A stretch of 64,000 bases of DNA from Kudoa neothunni (Eukaryota > Animalia > Cnidaria). Made by a program: the position numbers and the translations under genes. How positions within the stretch are numbered: position 1 is the first letter of the stretch; each line of letters begins with the position of its first letter. Below are positions 12,587 through 25,500 of this stretch, piece by piece. The notes under the pieces were generated by a model that saw only the letters and a list, made by a program, of their open reading frames with translations, did no database searches and was not told where the DNA came from. The DNA lies in NCBI GenBank assembly GCA_964304625.1, contig OZ199840.1, forward strand, positions 655,284-719,283, read 5' to 3'.

Positions 12587-15402
12587 CAGGGGTGGGTAAA
12601 CTTTTTTAGTACGCGGGCCACACCCATAAAAAATTAATTTTTGTACTGATAGAAGAAAGAAAATGTTTTGAAACTCATTCTTGATCGATTCAATATGTTT
12701 TTATTGATTAAAATAAATTTTAATATTTTCGAAAATATATTTTCTTATTACAACTCTAAGTATTACTTACACAGGAAGAAATGTCCATATTGTATGAACT
12801 TTTAAAACAGCCCTTATTCCGAAAATTTGAAATAATTCTTCCTCTTAAAAAACAACGTAAAGTATTCTAATTATAAAATTTTCCATAATAATTTAATAGG
12901 CGAGTTTTCATTCGCGGGAAATAAAAAACAAGCATCATATAAATATAATACTAAAAAAAAGAATTAATGTGATTAATGGAACTGGGACTATCATTAATAA
13001 TTATTTCAAAATCGAGTGAAGATTGGAATCTGTCATTATCGCTCTATTTTGAGACTTGTTTATTTCATTACAGAGAACATTTGCTCACATATGTACGTTG
13101 ATGCAAAAATAACAAACATTCTCTAAGAAAATCATCTCAAATTAGGAAACTTATCATTGTTGAGAGCAGAGTAAAAGCTAATCAAATTTTCTGTTTTGAA
13201 CATTTTATTAGGGAAATGTCGTCTTGCAGGTCTATTAATTCTAACTACGGTTCTTCTGGGGATGTTTCAATGTCACATGTAACAGGCGAACAGAGCGAAG
13301 AAAAGTCACTTTCGATTAACCAAAAATCGGGAAATCATCTGGCTAACTCTTCTTTTAACCCTATTACCTGGGAACTATATTTATCACATAATGTTTTGGG
13401 GGATTATGATTTTTCAGTGTTAGAAATGGATTAAGTTTTGATTTTTAATTTGATTAGAAAATAGTTGAAATTTTAGTTGGAAGGATTTAACTTCCGAAAA
13501 TAACTCGTGAGCAAATAAGCATTTCCCTATGTAATTTTGCATTCAAGCCATTCATCTTTTCCATTAATCTAAAGCGAATGCAAAATCACATAACTATTCA
13601 TGATTTTTGATTTTATCAGCAAAATCACTCGTGCCCGCAATGTTTAAAAAGAGGGAAATTTCGGTTTTCAAGGCCCATCCATACTTAACCATCGTACATT
13701 AATGTAATAGAGTAAATCGGCAAAATCAGATTTAATGTCCTCTTAAAAGCTCCTAAATTGCCTATGTAGAAGAGCTCTTGATCTTATAATATTAGCAGCA
13801 CACACTACAGGGGCCAAAACATGCTCAAATTTCAATGAAGATTTACACAAGCTTTCTTGGTGTATAATGTATAATGAAATGAAATGAAAAAATTTTGTGT
13901 GAAGGGAAATCTTCATTGATTTTACCATTCATCAATTTTATTAGCCAGAGTGTTTTCCCACAAGTGAAGGCGCTCCATCAGTAGTGAGTAGTGACACTGG
14001 TGAGTTTGTCCAAGCTTAAACCAGAACTGTTCAAACTATTCGTAACGCCATAAAAAAAATCTTGTCCAGTTGTGATATTCTTGAAGCATTCAAGTGATAA
14101 AAGCTCCTCGGTAATTTTGAAAATACGGTCAATTCCTTTTACAAAATAAGTAGTTGAGCGATATCGGTAGCATCTGCATTTTCGTCCAAAGCAATAGAAT
14201 AGTACTCAAAGTTTGAAATTTTTTCAATTCTTCAAACGATTGTTCTTCGTGATAGAGGAATAGCTTAAATTTTCGAGATGACTTCAGGGCACACAACATT
14301 CATAACATCTATAAAACATTTTTTAATAAACGCTCCAACCGATAATGCCTTGTTATGTTTACAAATTTGTGGAAAAGCATAAAACTAGTTGTCTCTTCAT
14401 CTCTTTGGGTGGATGTTGCTTCTCAAAATGAATTTTTGTTGGGTTTCAAAATTTATACCATATCAGATGCTTTCTTTTTCAATTCCTGTGACAAATTGCA
14501 TCCAAAATTGGAATATTCGGTTTGATAATGGCATTTCAAGTTGTATTCATTGTACACAACAATTGTGTCACGTCAGATCAAACACACAACCATATTATGA
14601 TGCTGGTGAAACAGTACTTTTAAGTCCACTCGTGATTGAAACTTTAACATTCGTCTTCAATTTTTCTTTTTTAATAGATTGAAACTAGCCATATCAACAA
14701 ACTTTGTATATTAAAGAAAGTTTCGACAAAAATTTTAAAAACAATGGTTTCATCACAAGTATAAAAAAGGAGACCACTGTTTATATTGCCATCTTCCGGC
14801 ATATTTTTCATCTTTTTTTAAGAGCGATATGTTTAAATCATTTTATAATAGTAAATAAATTTATCTCCACTTATATAAAATGTGAAATAATTCGAATAGA
14901 AAAATGCTCATCGATCAGTAGATCCATGAATACCGATTAAACCAAGTCTACATTACGATATTACAAGTTGGTAGAAAATAATTTATAATGAACTTATTAT
15001 ATCACAATTAATTAGCTTCTGAGGACAAATAAGGAGAGATTTTTAATTTTTATGACTGATGTTATCTATTAGATATTTGAGATTATTTTTAATATATATA
15101 GTCCTTTTTTGGATGAATATTTAGAAATTACACTATGATATGAAACGATTTTTAATGAAATTATTACTTATTTTTTTAATTATATTTTCTCGTAGAATGA
15201 TTGTTTGTAACTATATTAGAATTTTCATACTTAATTCATTTAGGCATGACGTTTGTGATGAATTATTTTAAAATTTTTGAATACAATATACATTAAATTT
15301 CGTTAAACTAAATTAAACATTTTGATTATGAAAATTAGGTATATAAATTTAAATTTATTAGAAATAAAAAAAACTTTCGCGGCCGGAGTTTGTCCACCCC
15401 CG
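12587..15402 (-). mobile_element. Degenerate SPIN/Buster-like hAT transposon (GTF2IRD2-like transposase remnant)
   Basis: Ends caggggtgggtaaact (12587) and rc cgggggtggacaaact (15402). Minus-strand remnants FEYYSIALDENADATDI (about 14210-14160), TTDGAPSLVG, IIHQESLC...IRSRALLHRQF and VRWLS. Many stops and frameshifts. TSD not conserved. Confidence 0.85.
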
Positions 15403-15971
15403 AAATAGCCAGTAAATGCTTGTAAATGGGATTTGTATCCATGCGGAAGTCCGAATTATCGTAAAGCAAATGTACTTTTATCAATGATAACAAAAATTGA
15501 ATATTAAAGAAAAGTTTTAAGGAGAATTAGATGGAAAAATATACATACATTATAAAAAATTGCCATCCAACTAAAGGAAAATGATTTTTATCGCATGCTC
15601 ATCTGAGCAAAAATAGGATTAAAGGTGGGAAAATTGTGCGAAAAAATCTTTAATCTACTTTGGGCCGAAAAAACAAGGATAAAAACGTTTTACTGATTTA
15701 AAATTTCACAAATATTTAAACAAAGGAGAGTTATAATGGATTCCTTGAAATTTAGAACGCTTCTAATACGATTATTGTAAGACTTCCAAAAGTACGAAAG
15801 ATCGGTTATCTACAGTATAGGTTACATGTATACACATTATAACAAAAAAATTGAATCATACGCAAAAAAATCCATTCTCAATGTAAAATAACAAAAATTT
15901 ACACACTATAAATTTGTATAAAAAAAGGAATCAAGCTTAATTAAGGTAAGTGGAAATAGAGCGGCACTAAT

Positions 15972-18900
15972 TATTTGTAGAAGACATTATTAGGGACCTG
16001 AATGGGATCCATTCGAGTCCTAGGGTACCCAACAGTTGACATAGTCTGTTTTGTTTTGGTAATTTGTATTTGGATTGTTTAAGAAAGAGTTTAAGCGTTG
16101 CTTTGCAGTTTGATAGTTTTCAGATCTGTCATTTGATGATGGTTAACCGTTGGAAGGTTATTGAAACTGGTGTTGTTCAACAAAGTCGTTGTATTGGTAG
16201 AAGAATGGTCGTTCAACATGTTGGATATATCGCTTGTAGATGGGACAATGAGGTTTGAACGAGAAAGTATTGGGAGACCATCAATGGTTGTAAAATTAGT
16301 TTATTACTGTAAGGTGTAACAGTGGATGGACTATTACTCGTTAAGTTGTTATCAGTGTAGTACGAGTTGAGATCGGTTCGAATATTCACACTTTTGATTG
16401 GCTTTGATGTTATTTTCGGGGGCTGACCTGATATCAAGTTGAGTTACTGTGTCTTTGATATCGTTTGAAGAAACCAAATTACCAGGCGGCAGTGTATTGA
16501 AGTAGGGAAATTGAGGTAGTATTGTTGGGTGGGAGTGCGTTATCATTCTCGGTTAGAAAAATTTTTGGATTTTCGATGAATCGATCCACTCAGTAATAGA
16601 CGGTTGGAATGCTGCTCATATTAATATCGTTGGATGATATGTAGTTGATAGAATGAAAATAACGGTCAATTATGGATGGATTTGTAATAGCATAAGTTTG
16701 TTTTGGTATGATAGATGAGCGATTATTTGATATATAGTTATTGTTTCTAGCGGACCGATGTTGATGCACTACTCTGCGGAATGTAACGAAGCTGATGCCT
16801 TAACAGTGCTTGGGATTTTGAGAATGTAGTGAAACCAAATTAAAAATAAAGGGGTGGGAACATGAGATCGTAAGGATTGGCTCTTTTTTCGTGGTCGTAG
16901 TTTTAACATTGAGAATATAAAATTTTCAAAAGAGTCGTCCAGTCCGGAAACCCCTCTATACAAGAGGTTTTCACCTACTTTGAAGGTGGGATTGTTGGAT
17001 TTATTTCGAAGTAGGTAATCTCGTAAGGATTTGAAAAGGGTCCACTGAAATTGATTGAGTTATCAGTATAAAAGTTGTAGGTTCTATTGATAGTATCGTA
17101 ATTGAAAAATTTGTGAGCTTTTCTCGATTTCGCAATCATCTCAACTGGTGGTAAACCAAGGTATTGTATTATTTGGGCCATTTGATCCATTTCATTTCGA
17201 CCACAAAACAACGGTTCACATGTAGACATTTCGGCAAGCAAGCAACCCAAACTCCATATGTCTATGGGTTTAGAATAGTTGAGTTCAAGCATCACTTCAG
17301 GGGCGCGATAAAAGCGGCTTTGTATATAGGTGTAGATTTGACCCCCAACTTTGCATGAGCTTCCAAAATCGACCAATTTCACAAACCCTTCACAACTGGG
17401 TGTAACCATGATATTCTCAGGTTTGAGGTCACAATGGATTATGTCATGGTCATAAAGCAATGTCATTGAAAGCAGTAATTTGAAAGTGATGGTTTTAATA
17501 GTGGTCAAGTCGAGTCCGTTTCCGCGGGTCATTTGCAACAGTTCATATAAATTCATATTCAACAATTCAAACACCAAACATCTATGATTATTCCACATGA
17601 AATCATCCAGCAGACGCACTACATGATTTTCACTGCGATCGTGGGCGTTAAGTTCTTGTAGGATTGATTTTTCGATCAACGATTGGGAGATCGAAGCGTT
17701 ATTGTCAGACATTATAACTTTGAGAGCCACAAATTTTTTTTCAACAAAGTCATAGCTTCGAAAAAACCTAACCAAAATTGAATGAATTAACTGTCAACAC
17801 ACAAAAATCACCTTTCCAAAAGATCCTTTTCCCAACATTTTCATTAATTTATATCGAGAATTCAGTAGAAATATTGGCTGATACTAGATCACTGGTTTCA
17901 TTTGGAATGTTTGAAAGTGTGATGTTATTATTGCTGGATTCGAAATTTTGACCTTGAAGGTTACCGACGAAATCGGTGATGTTAGGGGGATTGATTGCGA
18001 TCACACAGTTTCGGTTGGTTTGATTGGCATGATTAGAATGGATGAGGTTTTGTCCTCCAATTTCCAGATTGTTGATAGCAGCAGCATTTAGGTTTATGTT
18101 TTGTCCGATAGTTCGGATGTTATGGCGCGTAGTTGTGACTGCGAGATTGGCGTTGCGAGCCACTGCTTCTATATTATTAACAGCAATGGCGTTGAGCTCG
18201 ATAGGTTGACAGATGGCAGCCATTTTGTTATTTCTGTGGTTGTTGTTGTTGTTGTTGAGATTGGCAGGTCTTCCAATGTGTTGCAAGTTATTAGAGGCGA
18301 TAGTATTGAGGCAACTGAAATTTGGAGCAATAGTTCCCATCACATTTGTAACAACGGGATTTAGACTGATGGTGTTTTGGATCGCAGGTTGAGGGTTGTT
18401 GATTGGCAAATTTCGCGCCATCATTTGATTGTTGTTTCGGTTAGTTGTTAATAGGCCAGGAATTTGGCCAATAGCTTCTAGATTGTTAAAAGAATTATTG
18501 TTGACGTTTGGGGGCAGGTTGAACCCACTCAAAACCTTGATGAACCACTTTAGATTCGGTGGGGTTGTTGAAATTGAAATTTCGGGTAATAGTTCCCAAA
18601 TTATTGACTAACGTGTTTTGATAAGAAGGTTCGTAACGATAATTTAAATCAAGGGATGCGTCTTGGGGTTGACTTTCCCCACTCGTTAAAACTTTGTATT
18701 TGAGTGTTGATAAATGAGTGTTCAACTAAGGGTTGGTTGGTGGTCGAAGGTTGTGGCTGTAAGTTACAAGATTCATTGATGTACTTGGTCACCAAATTGT
18801 TATACAAAATATTTCTCACCAAAGGTGGCATTAATGTTATGGGGTTGTTGGAAGCATCTTCTCCCGCTCCTCCGCGTTCAACAGGAGGTGGTGCGTTAGA

Positions 18901-19423
18901 TTTTAATTCTGTTACATTTGTGGGAGCTCTAGGATAGTCACAGTTTAGATTTTCATTCTTTTGAATAGTCAGTTTTCTTTTGTTGGTGTATATTGATTTG
19001 GAAGCACGCACACAATCACGATGTTTGAGTGGATTGCAATTTTTGGCAGATTGCCAGTTTAAAGAATTTCTTTTCACGTAAATTCCTCTTTGATTATTAT
19101 TGACGGTATTATCGTTGTAAGAACTATGTTTGTTGTTGTTATTATTACTATTATTATTTGAGGGGATTGCAGTATTGACAAAAAAAGTTGTCCCTTGATA
19201 TGGAGGAAGAGGAGACATTTTGTTGAGAACGGCACTCCCCCTTGATTACATTTGTTGGAGTCTATGAAAAAGTTACAAAAAACCATTGTAAAATGTGTTC
19301 ACCCTCATTTAAGTTTTTCTTTTTATGCATAATGTTGGATTTATTATCGGCTTTGGTTTGAGAACATTTTCTGCTGTCGGTGTAGTGTGGTGAGGGTTGT
19401 AATTTCGTACTCTGAGTTATCAT
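15972..19423 (-). CDS. DYRK1: DYRK1/minibrain-like dual-specificity kinase with long Asn-rich N- and C-terminal extensions; interrupted by several single-base indels
   Basis: RYKLMKMLGKGSFGK, an intron at about 17768-17811, then VALKVI, HCDLKPEN, DFGSSC..IYTYIQSRFYRAPEV, IDIWSLGC and PLFCGRNEMDQM. Subdomain XI (FIFSMLNYDHEKRANPYDLMFHPF) is recovered after frame corrections. Gene ends are approximate. Confidence 0.85.
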
Positions 19424-22400
19424 AATTCTAAAAAAATACATTACAATCGAACAAAATTCAGAAAATACTACAAAGAATTGATTAAAAATTCATACAGCAT
19501 TTTAAACTACTATATGACCAAAACAATGAAAATAATGACGAAAAAAGCCGACTATAGAGATATAGGGATGTTGTTTATTTATTTGCAAAACTTGGTGGGT
19601 GAGATGATGACTAATAAAAACTCATATATGAAACACCCAATAGCTTAATCGTAAACAGATTTTATCAAACGGTTTAATTTTACGATTATATGGATGTATA
19701 TATCACAGTAGCACACTGTAAATATACTAATAGCTTTAAGTATTTTAATCCAACATTCGAAAATAAGTTAAATCTAATCACAACCTATTTATATGCGCAC
19801 AGCTTTTGATTCTAATATTTATAGGATACAATAATCTGAATGGATTGTTGCATGAAACCATCCATACAAAACACAATGGAATAATAATTACGACACGATC
19901 TCGGTTGGGTTCATGTAACGACATTGTATCATCGTACACAACACTATTACGGGATATACTTATGAGATATATAATGGTCACTGAATAGATAAGAGATGAA
20001 TGGATGAAAGGTGGGGCAAATGAATGAGAAAGGCACACCAATCCAACACACCACATCACTAAATAGTTGTATCAGTATAATACCTACCAATACATATAAA
20101 CACAATATATCTATCTAAAACTGTATATATAGCTATAGATAATATTTGGTAGCCTATAGACAATCAACCTACTCAATATCGGCCCGCATCCAATATTACG
20201 TTTACATTTATATTTGTTTGATCCAGTTGCAAACAATATGATCAAATATACCCTTACAAATTAGCATCAATAGTATCGATATATTTACCTACCGACTTGT
20301 ATTGAGTGTGGAATTGGTTCCAACAAAAACTGAATCGCCAGGCAGTGTTGCTAGCTTCATCCACAAAATGATACTCTAGTAACAGGGCTATCATCGATTA
20401 TTGTCTGCGAGATTAGTTACTATTACGAGATACTACATATTCACTCTCATAGAGTGTGAGTTGCGTCACTGTTGGTTAGTACACCATGGCAACCCCATGA
20501 CGTAACAAAAAACTTCATCCAAAACACCCACTTTGTCAAATCAATTCAAACCAACTCAAAACGTTTTAAACCAACTTAGGAAGTGCTATGCAGTAGCAAT
20601 GGAATTGTTGAAAATAATCATCTCACACCACCCAACCAACCGCACAACTTAAAACCATCACTCTGGAGTGATGATAAAAAATGCTGATAATTACCAAAAC
20701 TATAGCGACAATCAGAATAAAAATATCGAAACCTATTCACCATAGTGAATAGCTACCAAAGAGAGGAAACCAACCCAAACGGAAATCAACCAAAATTTAC
20801 GTATTAGGTTTTCATTCAAAATAGGCACCCCACCGCAAATATAGCACGAATTATTCAACTGGTTTTTGTGTTAAAAATAAAAAAATTACATGATCCCGTA
20901 GGTAGCGTTGATCACTAGGATAAGGATATTTTGGGGTGGTTGTTTTTCCTACTACTATTCTCCAACCTATAATCTTATCACTATTAAAAAGCAACACCTA
21001 CAAAAATAATATTAATCTATCAGAACTATTATAAACACATTAAAAATATTTTTTTAACAACTGGGTAGAATTCCATTATATTACAGGATGATAAGGGTTA
21101 TTACTGCTGGTTGAGAAGTGGGGTGGGAATAGTGGGTTTCGGTAGAAAAAATACGCACTAACTTGAGAAATTACGAACCAACAGCTACACTAAATCACAC
21201 CCTATACGCATCAACAGGGTGTGATATGTGTTGATTAGTTGAGTAGTGTTATGTGGTTGCGTTATCTGTACTGTAGACGCCGAACCAGCATACCAATTCA
21301 CAAATAACGACAACCAAAAACTACCTAATACTATTACATAAGATTAAACAAATAGATTAAAAGATTGTAAAAATTTTCCACCATTCTCCACCACACAACT
21401 GGTAATGTTGGGTCGGGATGGGAATATTAGGATAAGAACGAATTTTTGTTTGTCCCACAACCAAATATCAGCTTAATAGGTTATCCAATCAATCTACAAT
21501 TTGTCTCCACCATTCTAATACTATTAACTAGGCGAGCTAAATAAACAGTCTAATTTTAAATAGCTCATTCTGTGTTTATGTGTTCGAGTTAAATAGTGAT
21601 TCTGTGAGGTGACAATTGTTCAATGTGGAATGTACACCTATCCAAACCAAATAGATTAACGCAGATTGTTGTGGTGTGTTGATGTTAGCCAATAACTCTG
21701 TCACACAAAACAACCAATTGACAAATCCACTTTTAAATATGCTGGTCAAAGTGGTTGATTCAACCATCAAACAGGTCCACAACATTAGTCACAACTAATC
21801 CCACCCTACTCTAATCTGTTTTCAAACCAGCTATTGGGACAGTTAGCCCGTTCACCCACTTATCGTTATGGTGCAAAAATAGTTGTTAATCTTAATCCAT
21901 AAAAGTAATTAAACGACGAAAATAATAAAGTATTTCGGATGGTGTAGACGATTATTGATCTTTCTCAAGATCTTGTTCTCTATCTATATTGAGTGATTTG
22001 TGGCGCACTCAAATTCCTACCTCCTACCAATTTTATATTAGGTTGAGTTGTGGTGGGAAAAAATAATGCTACTAGAGAAAACCAAATTGCTAATAATCTA
22101 ATGGAGTTGATAGTTAGATTGGGTAATGCTTAAAATTAAGCACAGCTAAATAAGCTATTCAGATATTACTTTTAGTTGACAAAATAGTTTTTCTTCCCCA
22201 CCAGTTATTATTGAGTGATCTGCGCAGATGTTATATTGGGCGTTGTAAATATTCTTAGAAATATATACTTTGGTGTGGTGAGGTAATATGTACAAGTGTG
22301 TATGAAATGATGAGGAATTTAGATTTTCGATTATTGTTATTTATTATTATTAATTATTAGTTATCATTATTATCATTATTATTATAATAGGAAATTGGGG

Positions 22401-22513
22401 TTATAAAATGAAATTCCTATATAAATTAAAAAAAAATAAGATCTACATCTACATCTACGTCAACGTTAAAATGACTTAAGATGCTTTCATGGCGTCATAT
22501 TAAATATAACATT

Positions 22514-22516
<3 letters not shown>

Positions 22517-22567
<51 letters not shown>

Positions 22568-22592
22568 CAGTCAGTCAGTCAGTCAGTCAGTC
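22517..22592. repeat. Compound tetranucleotide microsatellite (TAGT)n(CAGT)n
   Basis: Read directly: about 13 TAGT units switching to about 6 CAGT units. Confidence 0.95.
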
Positions 22593-25500
22593 TAATGAGT
22601 TTAAAGATTCTATAAATTAATATTATATTGAAAGCAAAATATTATTTTATATTGAATTGAATAAAGAAGTTTTATAGATTAAACTAGAAATAATTAAAAA
22701 AACAAATGGGCTAATCAATTATTTTAATCCGTCATTCAACTCAGGCGTTTGTCGATAGGGTGCGTCAACATTCTAACACCTGCGTATTAAAGGATGTAAA
22801 TTAGAGCTTCTCTATGTTGGTTGCCGACAACCACAATAATAAATAATAATGGGTATTAAGAAAGATACGATACTAGGGATGAGGAAAACGAGTTGATGAG
22901 AGCAACGTTTATTTTTGCAATTACTGTGATCAAATTTTAAGCAATTTATTTCGAAATAATAAAAAAATATGATACACGCAATTTAACTTAATCTCGGCTT
23001 TAAAGAATATTATTTTCATAAAAAAATATAACAGAAAAATTTAGGTGTCAACAAAATATTATAAAATTAAAATATTTGGGAAAAGTCGGATAAGCTTGTA
23101 ATCACTGGATTTCTGTGCAAGAACGTCTATAATTCATATGTTTTTATTAGATATGACAAATACAGAATAATTGAGTTTGATCGAATTTTCAATGTGGTTA
23201 GTTTTACTAGATAAGTTAACTTAATCAAATACAGAGAGTAATCTACAGTTGATCGCTTTCAAGAAAAAAACTTCGTTTCGATAATATAACTTGAGAACGA
23301 CGATCAATTTACTCATTATATAAAATTGAATTTATATCGTTGTTTCGCATTATTAAGTTCCTATATTTAAAAAAATGCATCGCCATTCGTTGACATGGGG
23401 AACGCTTAATACGAGATTAATCATCGTAATGTCACTCAAAAAATTAACTTTTAATTAAATTTAGACATGGAAGCGCAAAAAACTTTAAATTTTAAGGCTG
23501 TAAGAGGTGGGAACCTGAAACTAATAAAAAAGGATTGATTTAAATTTTAAGTCATTTTGTAGCGCGGATGTTTAATATATAAAGCGGAAATAATTAAATA
23601 AAAAATTGTATTTGAATGAATATTCCTATGTTTAATTTAAAACTATGAAATAAAATAAAAGCAAGATAAAGATGAATCTATTTATGTTAAAGTCTTTGCA
23701 ATAAATCAGTTTGAATATTGGAGATAGCAAAATTGTGGGTAAACAGGTTTTTATTACCAACTGCCATTGAAATAAAAAAAATTGAAAAATGGGGGTATGT
23801 GACCATCAATTGTCGGAAAAAGAAAAAAACAAGCAGCTCTTTAAATAAAATTCAAGGAGATCATCGAAATAACAAAATACCACACAAATATAATCTGGCA
23901 TAGCTACTTAAAATTGAAGATTACCCCTAACTACTACCTAAATTTTAAATCGATCGAATGAATAATCTCTGTCTACGATATTGGCGCCGGTTATTACTAA
24001 GAATTATGCGATATAATATAAAATCATCTTGTTTTGTATGGAGAATAGTTAAAATTGATCAAAAAATCAGCAGAAATAATTTAAGCAATATTACTTAATT
24101 TATAATTTATAGGGAAAATTTTAATTGTAATTAGGAGTGCATGAATAATTATTTCATGAAATGAAATTTTTCTTATATTAATGGCAACTTTAATAAAAAA
24201 TCAGAAATTAATGAAATTTGACTTCCTCTATTAAATTATACCAACTAATTATGATATGATCTACATTAAAGTATTATCTGATACAGTTTAGATTATTCCT
24301 AGCCTAGTTTGGAAATAACAGAAATTACTTTTTTTAGGAAAATTAGCTCGCCTTCTTGTTTCAGATGTTATTTGTTATATAAGAAGGAAATAGATATGAG
24401 ACTAAACTTAGGTAAATAACATCTTAATCAATTTTTTCAATAAAAATTTTATAACACTAAACTTTTCTTAGCTTTTAAATGTGTGTCAGAGTTATCAATG
24501 AGGTAATCAATGTAAAACAGGAGATTGTATATTGTAGCTGTAATCGAAATACCGAGTTAAATCAATAATTTCCATTTTTATAAAAATAACATCGATTAAG
24601 TTGGTTATTTTTTGCCGTAATTGTACAAAATAACCTTTTATGACTATTAAAGTAGTTAGATAAGGTTCTCAAACGTAAAAATAAAAATCAAATATGAATA
24701 TTAACGGCACGAATGAATAATCGAGACTATTGTATAAATATTTACGCTCCACTTCTATATTCATTTAGAACGCAGAATCCGATAAACATCTGTAAAATAA
24801 TATTTAAAAAAATTTTGCTTTGCAATTTAAGGGTGTAACTTTTAAATTAAAAAATATATAAGAATAAAAAAAATTACTAAAAACCATGACAATACACTTT
24901 TAATATTTTCGAATAGAAAATGTATAAACAATGAATAATCGAATATAACAGGTATGTGGTGCAGAATAAAATATTATTGTTTAATTATAATGCTATAATG
25001 CCATAATCGGGGATAATTAAAGTATGAAGTAAAAATATACAGAACATAATCACTTTAATTAAAAAATAATAGAAATTATTATTTTTAATTGGCAAATGCA
25101 AGAATCAATTATATTATTGCATGGGGCAATATTATAACAAAATAATTTTCCAATTTGTTTGGACAAGTTTAGCTAAATACATAAACGTGTAGTATTACAA
25201 ATAAATATTATTCGCTTAAAATTATAGCCACATAATTCAACATAACGAAACTATTATTTGAGGCTAATATGATGAAACTATAAACCTAATGTATTAAGCA
25301 TTAAACTCCTAATATGTTTTTGAACGATTTATCGTATTGAAAACAAATTTTCAGGTGAATAATGGAAGAATTTAACGCATCAATTCAAATGCTGCGCCAT
25401 TGTTATATTTTAATTGGACAACAAAACACTTCAACTGTATGATACAAAAGATAATCGCCGTATTTAATACCTGTCTTATAAATAAACTTTTCGAATAACA

